In this document: positions 47,605 to 57,556 of the stretch, piece after piece | How the letters are laid out: every line of letters begins with the position of its first letter | How positions within the stretch are numbered: the first letter of the stretch is position 1 | Assembly (NCBI GenBank): GCA_965216755.1 | Contig: CBDCGL010000011.1 | Location: 2,912,001-2,976,000, forward strand | Origin: Alphaproteobacteria bacterium | GTDB taxonomy: Bacteria > Pseudomonadota > Alphaproteobacteria > UBA7887 | DNA: 64,000 nucleotides | Direction: 5' to 3' | The notes under the pieces: model-generated | What the model was told of the DNA's origin: nothing | The model's database searches: none | The model's input: the letters and a program-made list of their open reading frames with translations, nothing else | Made by a program: the position numbers and the translations under genes

Positions 47605-49839
47605 ATGAACACCATTAGACACGTGACCCGTCGCGACTTCATGAAAACGACCGCTGTCGCTGGGGGCGGTCTCCTGATCGGTCTGCATTTGCCCATCGCC
47701 GGCCGTCCCCTGGGCGCGGCGACCGCTGCAACAGACGGTGCGGTGCTGAACGCGTGGGCTCATATTCACGCCGACAACACCATCACGCTGACCGCCAGCC
47801 AAACCGAGATGGGTCAAGGCCCGACCATGGGCAATTTGATGATGTTTGCTGAAGAAATGGAGTGCGACTGGAACACGGTCACATTCGCCTTCGATACCGG
47901 CCGCGAAGAGTACACCAATCCCCTGTTCGGCTACCAAGGCACCGGGGGGAGTTCGGCGACCACGGGCTTCTGGGATGTCATGCGCACGGCCGGCGCACAA
48001 ACCCGGCATATGCTGATCCAGGCTGCCGCCAAACACTGGGGCGTTGACCCGGTCGACTGTTCGGCCCGCAACAGTGTCGTCACTTATCGTGGGCCCGACG
48101 GCGAGAAAACCGCGACGTTCGGCGAATTGGCCGTACGCGCCGCCGAAGAAACGCCGCCCGAAAATCCGCGCCTGAAATCGCCGGACGAATTCCACTTGAT
48201 CGGCACCGCCGTCAGTCGACTCGACAACGAAGTCAAGGTCACTGGCAAGGCCAAATTTGGTATCGACCACGATCTCGAGGGCATGGTGATCGGCGCGATT
48301 CGCCATGCGCCGTTCGGTGGCACACTCGCGAGCTTCGACGAAGCCGCGGCGATGGCGATGCCCGGAGTCAACGGCGTGGTCGAAGTCGGACACGCGGTCT
48401 ATCCGGAAAACAACACACCGGCGCTGATCGTCACCGCCGACAGCTACTGGCAGGCCGAACAAGGCATGAAGGCCGCCAACCCGCAATGGGATCCCGGCGA
48501 CTGGGGCGATCTGGACAGCGACCATATCTCCCAAACCCTGCTTGGTGCATTGGACAACGAAACCGGCGTGCTGGCCCGGGCCGAGGGCGATGTGGATACC
48601 GCGCTGGATCAGGCCGCCCAAGTGGTCGAGGCGACCTATGAGGTCCCCTATGTCGGCCACGCACCGCTGGAACCCCAAAACTGCCTGGCCGACTTTCGGG
48701 GCGATAGCTTGGAAGTTTGGGCACCAACCCAGTTTCCGGGCGGTGGCTATATCGCCATGGAATTGCTGACCGGCCTGCCGCGAGACAAGATCAAGATCCA
48801 CATGACCTTCACCGGCGGTGGCTTTGGCCGCCGGGCCGAAAACGACTTCATGGAACAGGCCGTGGAAGCTTCGATGAAGCTGAAAAGGCCGGTCAAGCTG
48901 ATCTGGTCGCGCGAAGAGGATATGCAGAATAACTTCAACCGACCCGCCTATGCGGCCAAAATGACCGCCGGTCTGGACGCCGACGGCCAGGCGGTTGCGT
49001 GGCGGCACAAGACCGCCGGGCCGGCGGTGTGGACGTCACCGTATCGGTCGTCGCGGTTGCAGGATGTCTACGCCGATACCGACTGGATCATGGGCGCCAA
49101 GGAAAGCGGCCTTGACGCCGACTCTGTCCAAGGCGCAATGGCCATGGCCTACGCCTTCGCAAACCTGGAGGTCTCGGTTGTCCAGAAAGACTTTCCTGTG
49201 CCGATCGGTCCCTATCGCGCGGTTGGCAATACTCAGGATTCGTTCTTTATGGACTGCTTCCTGGATGAAGTCGCCCACGCCGCCGGGCAGGATCCTTATC
49301 GGTTCCGCCGCGCCTTGCTGGCCGAGCAACCGCGCATGCAAGCCGTGCTTGACCTTGCCGCCGAAAAATCGGGCTGGGATGAGCCACCGGCCAAGGGTCA
49401 CTACCGGGGTATCGCCTTTCATCACAGCTTCGAATCACCGTTCGCGGACGTGGTCGAAATCTCGATCAGGGGCGGCAAACGGGTGACCATTCATCGCATC
49501 GTGCGCGCGGTGGATTGCGGCATCGTGGTCAATCCCGATCAGTGGGATGCCCAAATGCAAAGCGGTGTCGTATGGGGGCTGGCTCATGCGTTTCTTAGCG
49601 AGCACACCGTGAGGTACGCGAAACTGATGCAAAGCAATTACGATACCTACAAATTGCCGCGCATCGGCCAGATGCCGCCCTACGAAGCCTACGCGGTCGA
49701 CAGCAAGAACCCGCCGACTGGCCTGGGTGAACCGGCCTTCACCACAGTGACACCGGCCATATGCAACGCCATCTTCGCCGCGACAGGTAAGCGGATCCGT
49801 ACGCTGCCGCTGAAAAAGCACGGCATGAGCCTCGCCTAA
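47605..49839 (+). CDS. iorB: isoquinoline 1-oxidoreductase beta-type molybdopterin subunit, Tat-exported
   Basis: TRRDFMK Tat motif; EMGQG, GGGFGRR, WSREED, GLGEP. Confidence 0.9.
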   Translation: MNTIRHVTRRDFMKTTAVAGGGLLIGLHLPIAGRPLGAATAATDGAVLNAWAHIHADNTITLTASQTEMGQGPTMGNLMMFAEEMECDWNTVTFAFDTGREEYTNPLFGYQGTGGSSATTGFWDVMRTAGAQTRHMLIQAAAKHWGVDPVDCSARNSVVTYRGPDGEKTATFGELAVRAAEETPPENPRLKSPDEFHLIGTAVSRLDNEVKVTGKAKFGIDHDLEGMVIGAIRHAPFGGTLASFDEAAAMAMPGVNGVVEVGHAVYPENNTPALIVTADSYWQAEQGMKAANPQWDPGDWGDLDSDHISQTLLGALDNETGVLARAEGDVDTALDQAAQVVEATYEVPYVGHAPLEPQNCLADFRGDSLEVWAPTQFPGGGYIAMELLTGLPRDKIKIHMTFTGGGFGRRAENDFMEQAVEASMKLKRPVKLIWSREEDMQNNFNRPAYAAKMTAGLDADGQAVAWRHKTAGPAVWTSPYRSSRLQDVYADTDWIMGAKESGLDADSVQGAMAMAYAFANLEVSVVQKDFPVPIGPYRAVGNTQDSFFMDCFLDEVAHAAGQDPYRFRRALLAEQPRMQAVLDLAAEKSGWDEPPAKGHYRGIAFHHSFESPFADVVEISIRGGKRVTIHRIVRAVDCGIVVNPDQWDAQMQSGVVWGLAHAFLSEHTVRYAKLMQSNYDTYKLPRIGQMPPYEAYAVDSKNPPTGLGEPAFTTVTPAICNAIFAATGKRIRTLPLKKHGMSLA

Positions 49840-49987
49840 TCGGGCGATTCCGGGCTGGGTCACCCGATCCCGGCCCGGACCAAGCTTGTTGTCTGACCAA
49901 ATATCCACCTGGTTGAATGGATTAGGCCTATGTCGTACGATTGAAAACCTGAATAGATCCGGCGTTGAAGCGAAACGGTGCGCCGAT

Positions 49988-51883
49988 ATGGTTGAGCCGA
50001 ACGTCAATCGCAAACTGGCGGCAATACTGAGCGCCGACGTCGTCGGCTATTCACGGTTGATGCATGACGACGAGCCGGCAACGGTCGCGTTGTTGAAAGA
50101 TTATCGGGCGGCGGTCGGGCGGGTGATCGAACGCCGCAAGGGCCGGGTAGTCAACGCGCCCGGCGATTCAATCCTCGCCGAATTCCCAAGTGCTGTCGAA
50201 GCCGTGCAAGCGGCTGTCGAAATCCAGCAAAGCGTCCAAGGCCGCAATGTGGAGCTGCCGGAAGATCGACGCATGGCGTTCCGCATTGGCGTCAATCTCG
50301 GTGATGTCATTGAAGAAGACGACGGCACCATCTATGGCGACGGCGTCAATATTGCCGCGCGCATGGAAGCGCTGGCTGATGCTGGCGGCATCTGCATTGC
50401 CAGCACGGTCTACGACGCGGTCGAAGGCAAGCTTGATTGCGGCTTCGACTTCCTCGGCGAACGGCAGGTTAAAAACATTGCCAAGCCGATCAACGTGTAT
50501 CGGGTGCGCGGCGAAGCATCGGCTACGCCGCCGCACCCAAAAAATCCGAAGCGTCGCCGCGCCCTGATCGGTGCTCTTGGTGCGGGGGCCGCATTCCTGA
50601 TTGTGGCAGCCGGGGCATGGTGGTGGATCGCGCGCGAACCGGCACCGCATCCACTAACAACAGCCGCAACTTTGCCAGCCGGTCCATCGATTGCCGTACT
50701 ACCGTTCACTAATCTAAGCGGCGGCCACGACAACGAAAGATTCAGCGACGGGTTGACCGAGTCGATCATCTCTGGATTTTCAAAATTCGATTCGTTCATG
50801 ATCGTCGCACGCAACTCGACCTTCCAATATAAGGGCAAGTCCGTCGATGTTCGCGAGGTCGGCGCGGCGCTCAATGTCCGTTATGTTTTGGAGGGCAGCG
50901 TCCAGCGCTCCGGGGACCGGCTTCGCGTCAGTGCCCAAGCACTTGACGCCGGGAACGGCGATCATTTGTGGTCGGAAACCTATGATCGCGACGTGACAGC
51001 TGCCACGATTCTTGACTTCCAGGACGATATTACAGCGCACGTGGTCAGCAGCCTGGCATCATACGAGGCACCCTTGTGGCAAGCGGAGATCAGAAAGATG
51101 GGTGCCACGAATGCGCGCGATCAAGATAGCTACGGCTGCATACTTCTGTCTCATGTCTTTTTTAATAACTTCACGGGAGATGACCACGAGAGAGCTCGAA
51201 ACTGCCTCGAACAAGCCGTCCAACGAACGCCAACCTATGCGCCCGCATGGATTGAATTGGCATGGATTTACATCACGGAGTACAGATACCAATTCAACCT
51301 GCGCCCCGAGCCGTTGGAGCGTGCTCTCGCCGCTGCTCAACATGCATTGGAGTTGAATCCACAAAACTATTTCGTCTCCTATGGATTAGCGATGATCCAT
51401 TTCAACCGCGAACAAGAGCTCGACTCCTTTTATGCTTTGGCCGAGAAAGCGTTGGACCTTAATCCGTTCGACGCCACCATGATCGCCGAGTTCGGCGCGT
51501 TCATGGCGTATACTGGTGATTGGGACCGGGGCGCAGCGCTGGGACGGAAAGCCATCGCACTCGCGCCGGCTGGTTGGATGTATACAACACTGGCTCTCGA
51601 TCACTATCGCAAGGGTGAATATCGCCAAGCGCTTATTGAGGGCCAAAAGATCAACTTGCCCGAAAGCAATTTCGCCAACGCATTGTTGGCCGCTATCTAT
51701 GGCAAGCTAGGCGACAAAGAAAAGGCGTCTGTTCATCTCAAACGTGTCCTGGCGGTCCAACCGGGATTTGCCGCGGCACCGGGTAGCCTATTCTTGACGC
51801 GTCGCATGACCGAAGATCTCGTCGACTCGCTCATGGACGGCCTGCGCAAAGCGGGGTTGGACGAACTTCGCCCAGCTAATTAG
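49988..51883 (+). CDS. class III adenylate/guanylate cyclase with TM, TolB_N-like and TPR domains
   Basis: RKLAAILSADVVGYS, PGD, YGDGVNIAARM; TM ending WWW; SIAVLPF, YVLEGSV; TPR repeats. Confidence 0.9.
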   Translation: MVEPNVNRKLAAILSADVVGYSRLMHDDEPATVALLKDYRAAVGRVIERRKGRVVNAPGDSILAEFPSAVEAVQAAVEIQQSVQGRNVELPEDRRMAFRIGVNLGDVIEEDDGTIYGDGVNIAARMEALADAGGICIASTVYDAVEGKLDCGFDFLGERQVKNIAKPINVYRVRGEASATPPHPKNPKRRRALIGALGAGAAFLIVAAGAWWWIAREPAPHPLTTAATLPAGPSIAVLPFTNLSGGHDNERFSDGLTESIISGFSKFDSFMIVARNSTFQYKGKSVDVREVGAALNVRYVLEGSVQRSGDRLRVSAQALDAGNGDHLWSETYDRDVTAATILDFQDDITAHVVSSLASYEAPLWQAEIRKMGATNARDQDSYGCILLSHVFFNNFTGDDHERARNCLEQAVQRTPTYAPAWIELAWIYITEYRYQFNLRPEPLERALAAAQHALELNPQNYFVSYGLAMIHFNREQELDSFYALAEKALDLNPFDATMIAEFGAFMAYTGDWDRGAALGRKAIALAPAGWMYTTLALDHYRKGEYRQALIEGQKINLPESNFANALLAAIYGKLGDKEKASVHLKRVLAVQPGFAAAPGSLFLTRRMTEDLVDSLMDGLRKAGLDELRPAN

Positions 51884-52226
51884 CGCTACGGCACTCTGAT
51901 GTCGCATCGCTGCTGGTCGCCGCTCTAGAACATGACTCGCGACCGTAGGTGAGCTGAAGCGATCTAAGCTTAAACCAAACCGTCGCGAACGGCGCTTTTG
52001 TACCTGGTTTTGGTGGCCCCCCGGCGCAGCACGCTTCGCTATCCTCTGTCGTTGCAAACCATACATGGTGTTGCACGACGTTCAGTTTTTGCGATAGGCG
52101 AGATCATGAATTCTTGCCCTATTGATAGTGGAGCACTGCCGTTTCTTGCGTGGACTAGCTGTCAACGGCGAGAATGCGGTTGGGCTGCACAAAACGGTCC
52201 GGCCGCGAAAAAGTGGAGGACATGCG

Positions 52227-52685
52227 ATGAAAGTCTTTGCTGGAGTCGCGGCGCTGGCCGCGGCGAGTGCGAATATCGTTTTTGCTGATACAGGTAATGG
52301 CGTTGGATCTTGGGTGGACGTTCCCCATGACGTGATGACGCTACCAAACAAAAACACATACACGATGTCCCGCAGCAGACAGATTTGGTTTAGCGAGAAC
52401 CTCCCCAGGCTGAACAATGTTGCGCTGGACTGTTTCACGACGTGGATCAATGTTAAGGGCTCCGATGAGTTCTTCAGCCGCGGTTGGTGCTCGGGTGTTG
52501 ATGCCGACGGTGATGTGATGTGGTCGGACTTCGACATGGGTGCCGACGGCGGCACTTGGACTTGGAGCGCATTTTACCCGGATGGGCTGTGGGGAACCTG
52601 GACCTGGACATACGATTCCGCGTGGCAGGGCGGTTACATGGTCCGACTGGCCTCGGGTGAAAGCGCCGATGGGGGTAGCATTTAG
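52227..52685 (+). CDS. hypothetical secreted Trp-rich protein
   Basis: GGAGGA RBS; signal peptide; two Cys, DADGD, duplicated GTWTW. Confidence 0.65.
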   Translation: MKVFAGVAALAAASANIVFADTGNGVGSWVDVPHDVMTLPNKNTYTMSRSRQIWFSENLPRLNNVALDCFTTWINVKGSDEFFSRGWCSGVDADGDVMWSDFDMGADGGTWTWSAFYPDGLWGTWTWTYDSAWQGGYMVRLASGESADGGSI

Positions 52686-52866
52686 TTCGATAATCGATTT
52701 GCCTGGGCGCAGCGCAAATTCGGCGCGGCGTATGTACCCCTAGAGCCGACCAATCGATATCGCCGGCCCGTCGCCCATTTACCGGGCGACGGATCGGTCT
52801 GCTTGACATTGCGTCGGACCTTCTGCCCGATGTTGGTCTTTCGAGAATAGATCAAAGGACTGGCAC

Positions 52867-53646
52867 ATGGATCTCGGCATCGTCGGCCGCAAGGCCATTG
52901 TGTGTGCATCCAGCAAGGGGCTGGGCCGCGCCTGTGCCATGTCGCTTGCGCGCGAAGGGGTGGATCTTGTCATCAATGCGCGCAGCGCCGAAACATTAGA
53001 GCAGACGGCCGAAGATATCCGTCGCGAAACCGGGGTGACCGTGACCGCGGTCGCCTGTGACATCACCACACCGGCGGGACAAGATCAGCTTCTCGCCGCG
53101 TGTCCCGCGCCCGATATTTTGATCAACAATGCGGGTGGCCCGCCGCCCGGCGATTTTCGCGATTGGGCCCGCGCCGATTGGATTGCGGCCGTGACATCCA
53201 ACATGCTGACGCCGATCGAACTGATGAAGGCGACCGTCGATGGCATGATGGGCCGGGGCTTCGGGCGTATCGTCAACATCACCTCGGCCTCGACCAAGCA
53301 CCCGATCCCCGATCTCGGCATGTCGAACGGGGCGCGCACCGGTTTGGCTGGTTTTGTCGCCGGTCTCGCGCGCGAAACGGTGCGTCGCAATGTGACGATT
53401 AATTGCCTGTTGCCGGGGCCGTTCGTGACCGACCGCATGCGCCAGCACATGACCTACACGGCGCGCCAGCGCGGCCAGGACTTCCAGACATTTGCCGCGC
53501 AAGCGGCGGAACGCAATCCGTCCGGTCGGCTCGGCGACCCCGCGGAATTTGGCGATGCCTGCGCGTTCTTGTGTGCGGCCCAAATGGGCTACGTCACGGG
53601 ACAGCACCTTCTGATGGACGGCGGCAGCTTCCCCGGCACGTTCTAG
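52867..53646 (+). CDS. SDR family oxidoreductase
   Basis: ASSKGLG, NNAGGPP, GRIVNITS; atypical SNGAR in place of YxxxK. Confidence 0.9.
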   Translation: MDLGIVGRKAIVCASSKGLGRACAMSLAREGVDLVINARSAETLEQTAEDIRRETGVTVTAVACDITTPAGQDQLLAACPAPDILINNAGGPPPGDFRDWARADWIAAVTSNMLTPIELMKATVDGMMGRGFGRIVNITSASTKHPIPDLGMSNGARTGLAGFVAGLARETVRRNVTINCLLPGPFVTDRMRQHMTYTARQRGQDFQTFAAQAAERNPSGRLGDPAEFGDACAFLCAAQMGYVTGQHLLMDGGSFPGTF

Positions 53647-53872
53647 ATCAACCTTCGATCGGACGGATCCGTTTGAACAAATATACGTTGATCGCTATCA
53701 CACCGCTGGCATATGAAAGACGCCGCCGCGCCAGCCCTCGCCGTGTTTTCTTGACCAGGCGCACGATACAAAATGTGCAGCCGGCGACGGCCGAACCGCA
53801 CACATTGGTCAGAATGTCTTGCCAAGTAATGATGTCGCGCGCGCGCGGATCCGGGGACGGAATCGATCGCGA

Positions 53873-54340
53873 TCAATACTTCGCGTGATCCATGTCATAG
53901 CAACAATCGGTTTCGCCCCACGTTGGCGCGCATGATGGCGCCGACACCGTGCCGTCAGCACAATCAAGTTTGGCCGAACAGGTGACGTCGGCCACAAACC
54001 GCGTACCCGCCGCGATCCGCCGCTTCTCGGTCTCGACACCCAGTTCACCGACCGCGCCGTGGCCTTCTGCCGATCGATAGCACGCGAGAAAACGTTCATA
54101 AGCTGTCACGCCGACGGTCGTGTCAATGCGGCCGTCGCCAATGTCAGGCGTGCCAGCCGCGGCGCTCCATTCCTGCAGGACGCAACTGTCCGGCGGCGGC
54201 GCGCCCTGTGCGCTCTCAAGCGCGGCCGTTTCGACGACGTTTTGCCAACCGTCCGCTGGGCTGCAATTGTCTTGGGCCCAAACAGAACCCGTCAAAACAA
54301 ACATCAACGCGCCGGCAAGCGCGGGCATCACAAGCTGCAT
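53873..54340 (-). CDS. hypothetical secreted 8-Cys protein
   Basis: GAGGAG RBS before ATG 54340; signal peptide MQLVMPALAGALMFVLTGSVWA; 8 Cys including terminal DCCY. Confidence 0.7.
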   Translation of the reverse strand: MQLVMPALAGALMFVLTGSVWAQDNCSPADGWQNVVETAALESAQGAPPPDSCVLQEWSAAAGTPDIGDGRIDTTVGVTAYERFLACYRSAEGHGAVGELGVETEKRRIAAGTRFVADVTCSAKLDCADGTVSAPSCAPTWGETDCCYDMDHAKY

Positions 54341-54493
54341 GGGGATGGTCTCCTCGGCCGTGTGCAAAAACCGCTTTTTGTCTGTGGATAAGTCTAGCGC
54401 GCCCGGCATTCGCTGTCGAGGCGGTGTCGGTCGCTCTGGATCCGCGCTCGCGCATTCGATAACGTGGCGTCGGTGAGCGCGAGGGATTGCAGC

Positions 54494-56797
54494 ATGCAGA
54501 AGATTTTGGGCCGGTGCGCGGCCGCCATTGTGGTGGCCGCAACGCTGTTGGCGACAGGGTCGATTGTTTCCGTAGGCCAACTCCAAGCGCAGGACGCTGT
54601 TCCAACGCTTTTGGCGCCGAAGCCGACGGACTCGCAAGCGCCGGCGGCGGATACGGCGCCGACAGCCGGGCCCAATCTCGAAACCTATCTGGACGACGCC
54701 CTTTTGGCGATGGTGTACCCCGACGCCGATCGCGTCGGGCCGGTTGAAGGCGAACCGCCGGCCGCGGCGGTTTACAAGGGGGATGACCTTGTCGGCTATG
54801 TGTTCGAGCAATATGACGTGGTGCAAGGGGTCGGATATTCCAAACGCCCTTTTCACATGGTCATCGGCCTCGATTTGAGCGGCCATCTGACCGGCGCGCG
54901 ATTGGCCATGCATGTCGAGCCGATCGCCATTCTTGGTCGCACGGATGACGACTTCCACAAATATGTTGAGCAATTTGCTGGCATAGATATCCGCCGCGGT
55001 GTCAGCGTCATGCTGGATCTTTCCGGCTCGGCGCTGGAAGGCGACAAATTTGCCATGCGTGGTTCGGCGGGCGACGTCTCCAAGTTGACCCCTGTCGATG
55101 CCGTCTCACGCACGACCACCAGCTCGATCCTGTTCAGCGATTCAATCGTGCGCAGCGCGCGGATTATCGCGCGGACGCGCGGCATCGCGTTGGATGCGCG
55201 CGATTTGGGCCAACGGCTGGACATGGAAAGTTTCACTCCGATGCCATGGGTGGCGCTGATCGACGACGGCGCGCTCGCCCATTTGCGCCTGACGATCGCC
55301 GATGTTGCCGCGGCGTTCGCGGCCTTGCCCGACGACGCCAAGGCGCCGCGCAAGGTGCGCCTGTCGCCCGACGACGAGATCTTTGTCGATCTGTACGCGG
55401 CGGTCATTTCACCAGCCGGGATCGGGGTCAATTTGCTCGGCCGCACGTGGTACGACCAGTACATCTCCGGTCGCAATATCGAAGACGTGATTTTGTTCGT
55501 TGCCACCAAGGGTACGTATCGGTTCCACGGCGATGATCCGGCCGATGCCGCCCAGTTCTCGCGGTTGCGGCTCTTTCAAGGCGATACAGAAATCGCGTTC
55601 GGTCCGTCTTTGATGAAAACATTGCCATTTCATCACGCGACCGAAGCCCCGGACCTGGACGAAATCGGCTTGTTCTTTTTCTCCGGCGATGCGGCCCTCG
55701 ATCCAACACGTCCATGGCGTCTGGAGCTTGCCGTGGATGGCGACGGCGACACGCCGGCGCAAGCGATTTTCCCGGTCGACTACACATTGCCCGAGCGGTT
55801 CATATTGGCCCAACCAGAGGTCGAGTCACCAATCGACGCGGCGACCGATGCCATGGTGGCGGACGACGCGTCGATCGGCATCGATTGGCGCCAGTCTTGG
55901 ACCAATCAATCACGCAATATTGTGCTGTTGCTGGTGACGCTCGGTGTGCTCGTGGTGCTGTTGTCGCTGCAAGATCAGATCGCGCGCCGGCGCCGCCTGC
56001 ATCGTTGGCTGCGGATCGGGTTCCTGGCGTGGATTCTGATCTGGTTGGGCTGGTATGCGGGCGCGCAAGTGACCGTGATCAATCTTCTCAACATCGCGCA
56101 ATCAATCGTCTTTGATTTCGACTGGGCGTTTTTCATGGTCGAGCCGCTGATCTTCATCATCACGGCATTTGTCGCGCTGGGTTTGTTCTTTTGGGGGCGT
56201 GCGATCTTTTGTGGCTGGCTCTGTCCGTTTGGCGCGTTGCAGGAATTGCTGAACAACATTGCGACCGCGTTGCGCGTGCCGCAGTGGCGCATTCCAGAAG
56301 GGCTGCATCAACGCGCCATCGCGATCAAATATGTGGCGGTTCTGGCGTTGCTGGGGCTGACATTCTATTCGTTCGATCTGGCCATCATGGGCAGCAATAT
56401 CGAACCATTCAAGGCAGCCATCATCTTTCGTTTCGATGCACCGCTCGCCGCCGTCGCCTATGCCATGATTTTGTTGGTGTGTGGTTTGTTTGTTGAACGC
56501 GCCTATTGTCGCTTTCTTTGTCCGTTGGGTGCCGGTCTGGCGATCTTGGGTCGCGTGCGCATGTTCAATTGGCTCAAGCGTCGCCCTGAGTGCGGCAATC
56601 CGTGCCGCCGTTGTGAACGGGTTTGTCCGACCGGCGCCATTGGCCGCAGTGGCGCTATCGATATGAACGAATGTTTTTATTGCTTGGACTGTCAAGTCAC
56701 CTATTACGACAGTCATGAATGTCCGCCATTGGCGGCGCGCCGCAAGTCTGATCGCGCGCCACTCCAGGGGGCGCCGGTGCCGGCCGCGGCCGAATAG
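54494..56797 (+). CDS. NosR/NirI-like membrane protein (FMN-binding-like periplasmic domain + FeS), copy 1
   Basis: Signal peptide; GYS..P..H.EPI; FCGWLCPFGALQE; YCRFLCPLG; CGNPCRRCERVCP; CFYCLDC..CPP. Confidence 0.85.
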   Translation: MQKILGRCAAAIVVAATLLATGSIVSVGQLQAQDAVPTLLAPKPTDSQAPAADTAPTAGPNLETYLDDALLAMVYPDADRVGPVEGEPPAAAVYKGDDLVGYVFEQYDVVQGVGYSKRPFHMVIGLDLSGHLTGARLAMHVEPIAILGRTDDDFHKYVEQFAGIDIRRGVSVMLDLSGSALEGDKFAMRGSAGDVSKLTPVDAVSRTTTSSILFSDSIVRSARIIARTRGIALDARDLGQRLDMESFTPMPWVALIDDGALAHLRLTIADVAAAFAALPDDAKAPRKVRLSPDDEIFVDLYAAVISPAGIGVNLLGRTWYDQYISGRNIEDVILFVATKGTYRFHGDDPADAAQFSRLRLFQGDTEIAFGPSLMKTLPFHHATEAPDLDEIGLFFFSGDAALDPTRPWRLELAVDGDGDTPAQAIFPVDYTLPERFILAQPEVESPIDAATDAMVADDASIGIDWRQSWTNQSRNIVLLLVTLGVLVVLLSLQDQIARRRRLHRWLRIGFLAWILIWLGWYAGAQVTVINLLNIAQSIVFDFDWAFFMVEPLIFIITAFVALGLFFWGRAIFCGWLCPFGALQELLNNIATALRVPQWRIPEGLHQRAIAIKYVAVLALLGLTFYSFDLAIMGSNIEPFKAAIIFRFDAPLAAVAYAMILLVCGLFVERAYCRFLCPLGAGLAILGRVRMFNWLKRRPECGNPCRRCERVCPTGAIGRSGAIDMNECFYCLDCQVTYYDSHECPPLAARRKSDRAPLQGAPVPAAAE

Positions 56798-56816
56798 GGG
56801 CGACCGCCACAGCGCG

Positions 56817-56859
56817 AAAAAGTGCCGCCGGGCGGCAAGGTTCAGCCTTACCCGGCGGC
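56817..56859 (-). terminator. intrinsic terminator between convergent genes
   Basis: GCCGCCGGG...CCCGGCGGC stem followed by ACTTTTT on the minus strand. Confidence 0.6.
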
Positions 56860-56878
56860 GTATGCGTATATAGGGTTG

Positions 56879-57409
56879 CTACTCTTTGAAGACGTGAAGA
56901 TCGACCGGGCCGAAGACTTCACTCTCGCGACGCCCCGGCAGCTCCGGATATTCCGCCCAGGTGCGGCTTTGGAAATCGGCCGGCAGAGATTCCGCCACAT
57001 CCGAATACTGCACTTTGACCTTGAAGCGTATTTGGTTCATGGCCTTCGGATCATCCGTGCTGATGCAAGCCGGACCGTGACCGCCAAAATCGTCGGCGCC
57101 TTCCGTGACGCACCATTCCGGCTGCGGGCTGGCGTCGCTGTCCGGCTGCAGTTTCATAATCACGGACTGGCCTTCTTCAGGTCCGCCATTCACGTCCAAC
57201 ACGGCGTAGTAGCTATCTGCGACCCAACGCTCTTCCAAATCCTCGGGCACACCTTTGAGGAACAGAGTATAGCTTGGATATAGACCGCCGAAATACAGGC
57301 GCGCTTGTTCGGATGTGATCGAGACCACTTCGCCGGCCGTTGCCGGCAGCGCTGCCAAAGTCGTCCCGATGACGACAGCCGACGCACAAACCGTGCGCAC
57401 TATGTTCAT
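56879..57409 (-). CDS. hypothetical secreted protein
   Basis: GGGAGGG RBS; signal peptide ending PATA; acidic mature region with a Cys pair (EWC...PAC). Confidence 0.7.
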   Translation of the reverse strand: MNIVRTVCASAVVIGTTLAALPATAGEVVSITSEQARLYFGGLYPSYTLFLKGVPEDLEERWVADSYYAVLDVNGGPEEGQSVIMKLQPDSDASPQPEWCVTEGADDFGGHGPACISTDDPKAMNQIRFKVKVQYSDVAESLPADFQSRTWAEYPELPGRRESEVFGPVDLHVFKE

Positions 57410-57464
57410 TTCACCCTCCCAGAAACCATTATTGGGATTTTCATTGCTCATACAACAATCGTCT

Positions 57465-57510
57465 ACAAAACAAAGTGGGGTCGGACGCAACGCGCCCGCC
57501 CCCACCTTTG
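57465..57510 (-). terminator. hairpin/terminator after the amidohydrolase
   Basis: Minus strand CAAAGGTGGGGGCGGGCGC-GTT-GCGTCCGACCCCACTTTG followed by TTTTGT. Confidence 0.55.
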
Positions 57511-57556
57511 CATGGCACTAGCCCACGGGCATTGCCACGATCGTCACCGAACCGCG

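Noticed and set aside
54383-54391. Perfect DnaA box (TGTGGATAA)
   Set aside because: Single copy with no box cluster or origin-associated genes; plausible by chance.
53873-54973. 366-aa ORF as listed in the ORF track
   Set aside because: The upstream part is antisense to NosR-like copy 1; RBS and signal peptide indicate a start at 54340.
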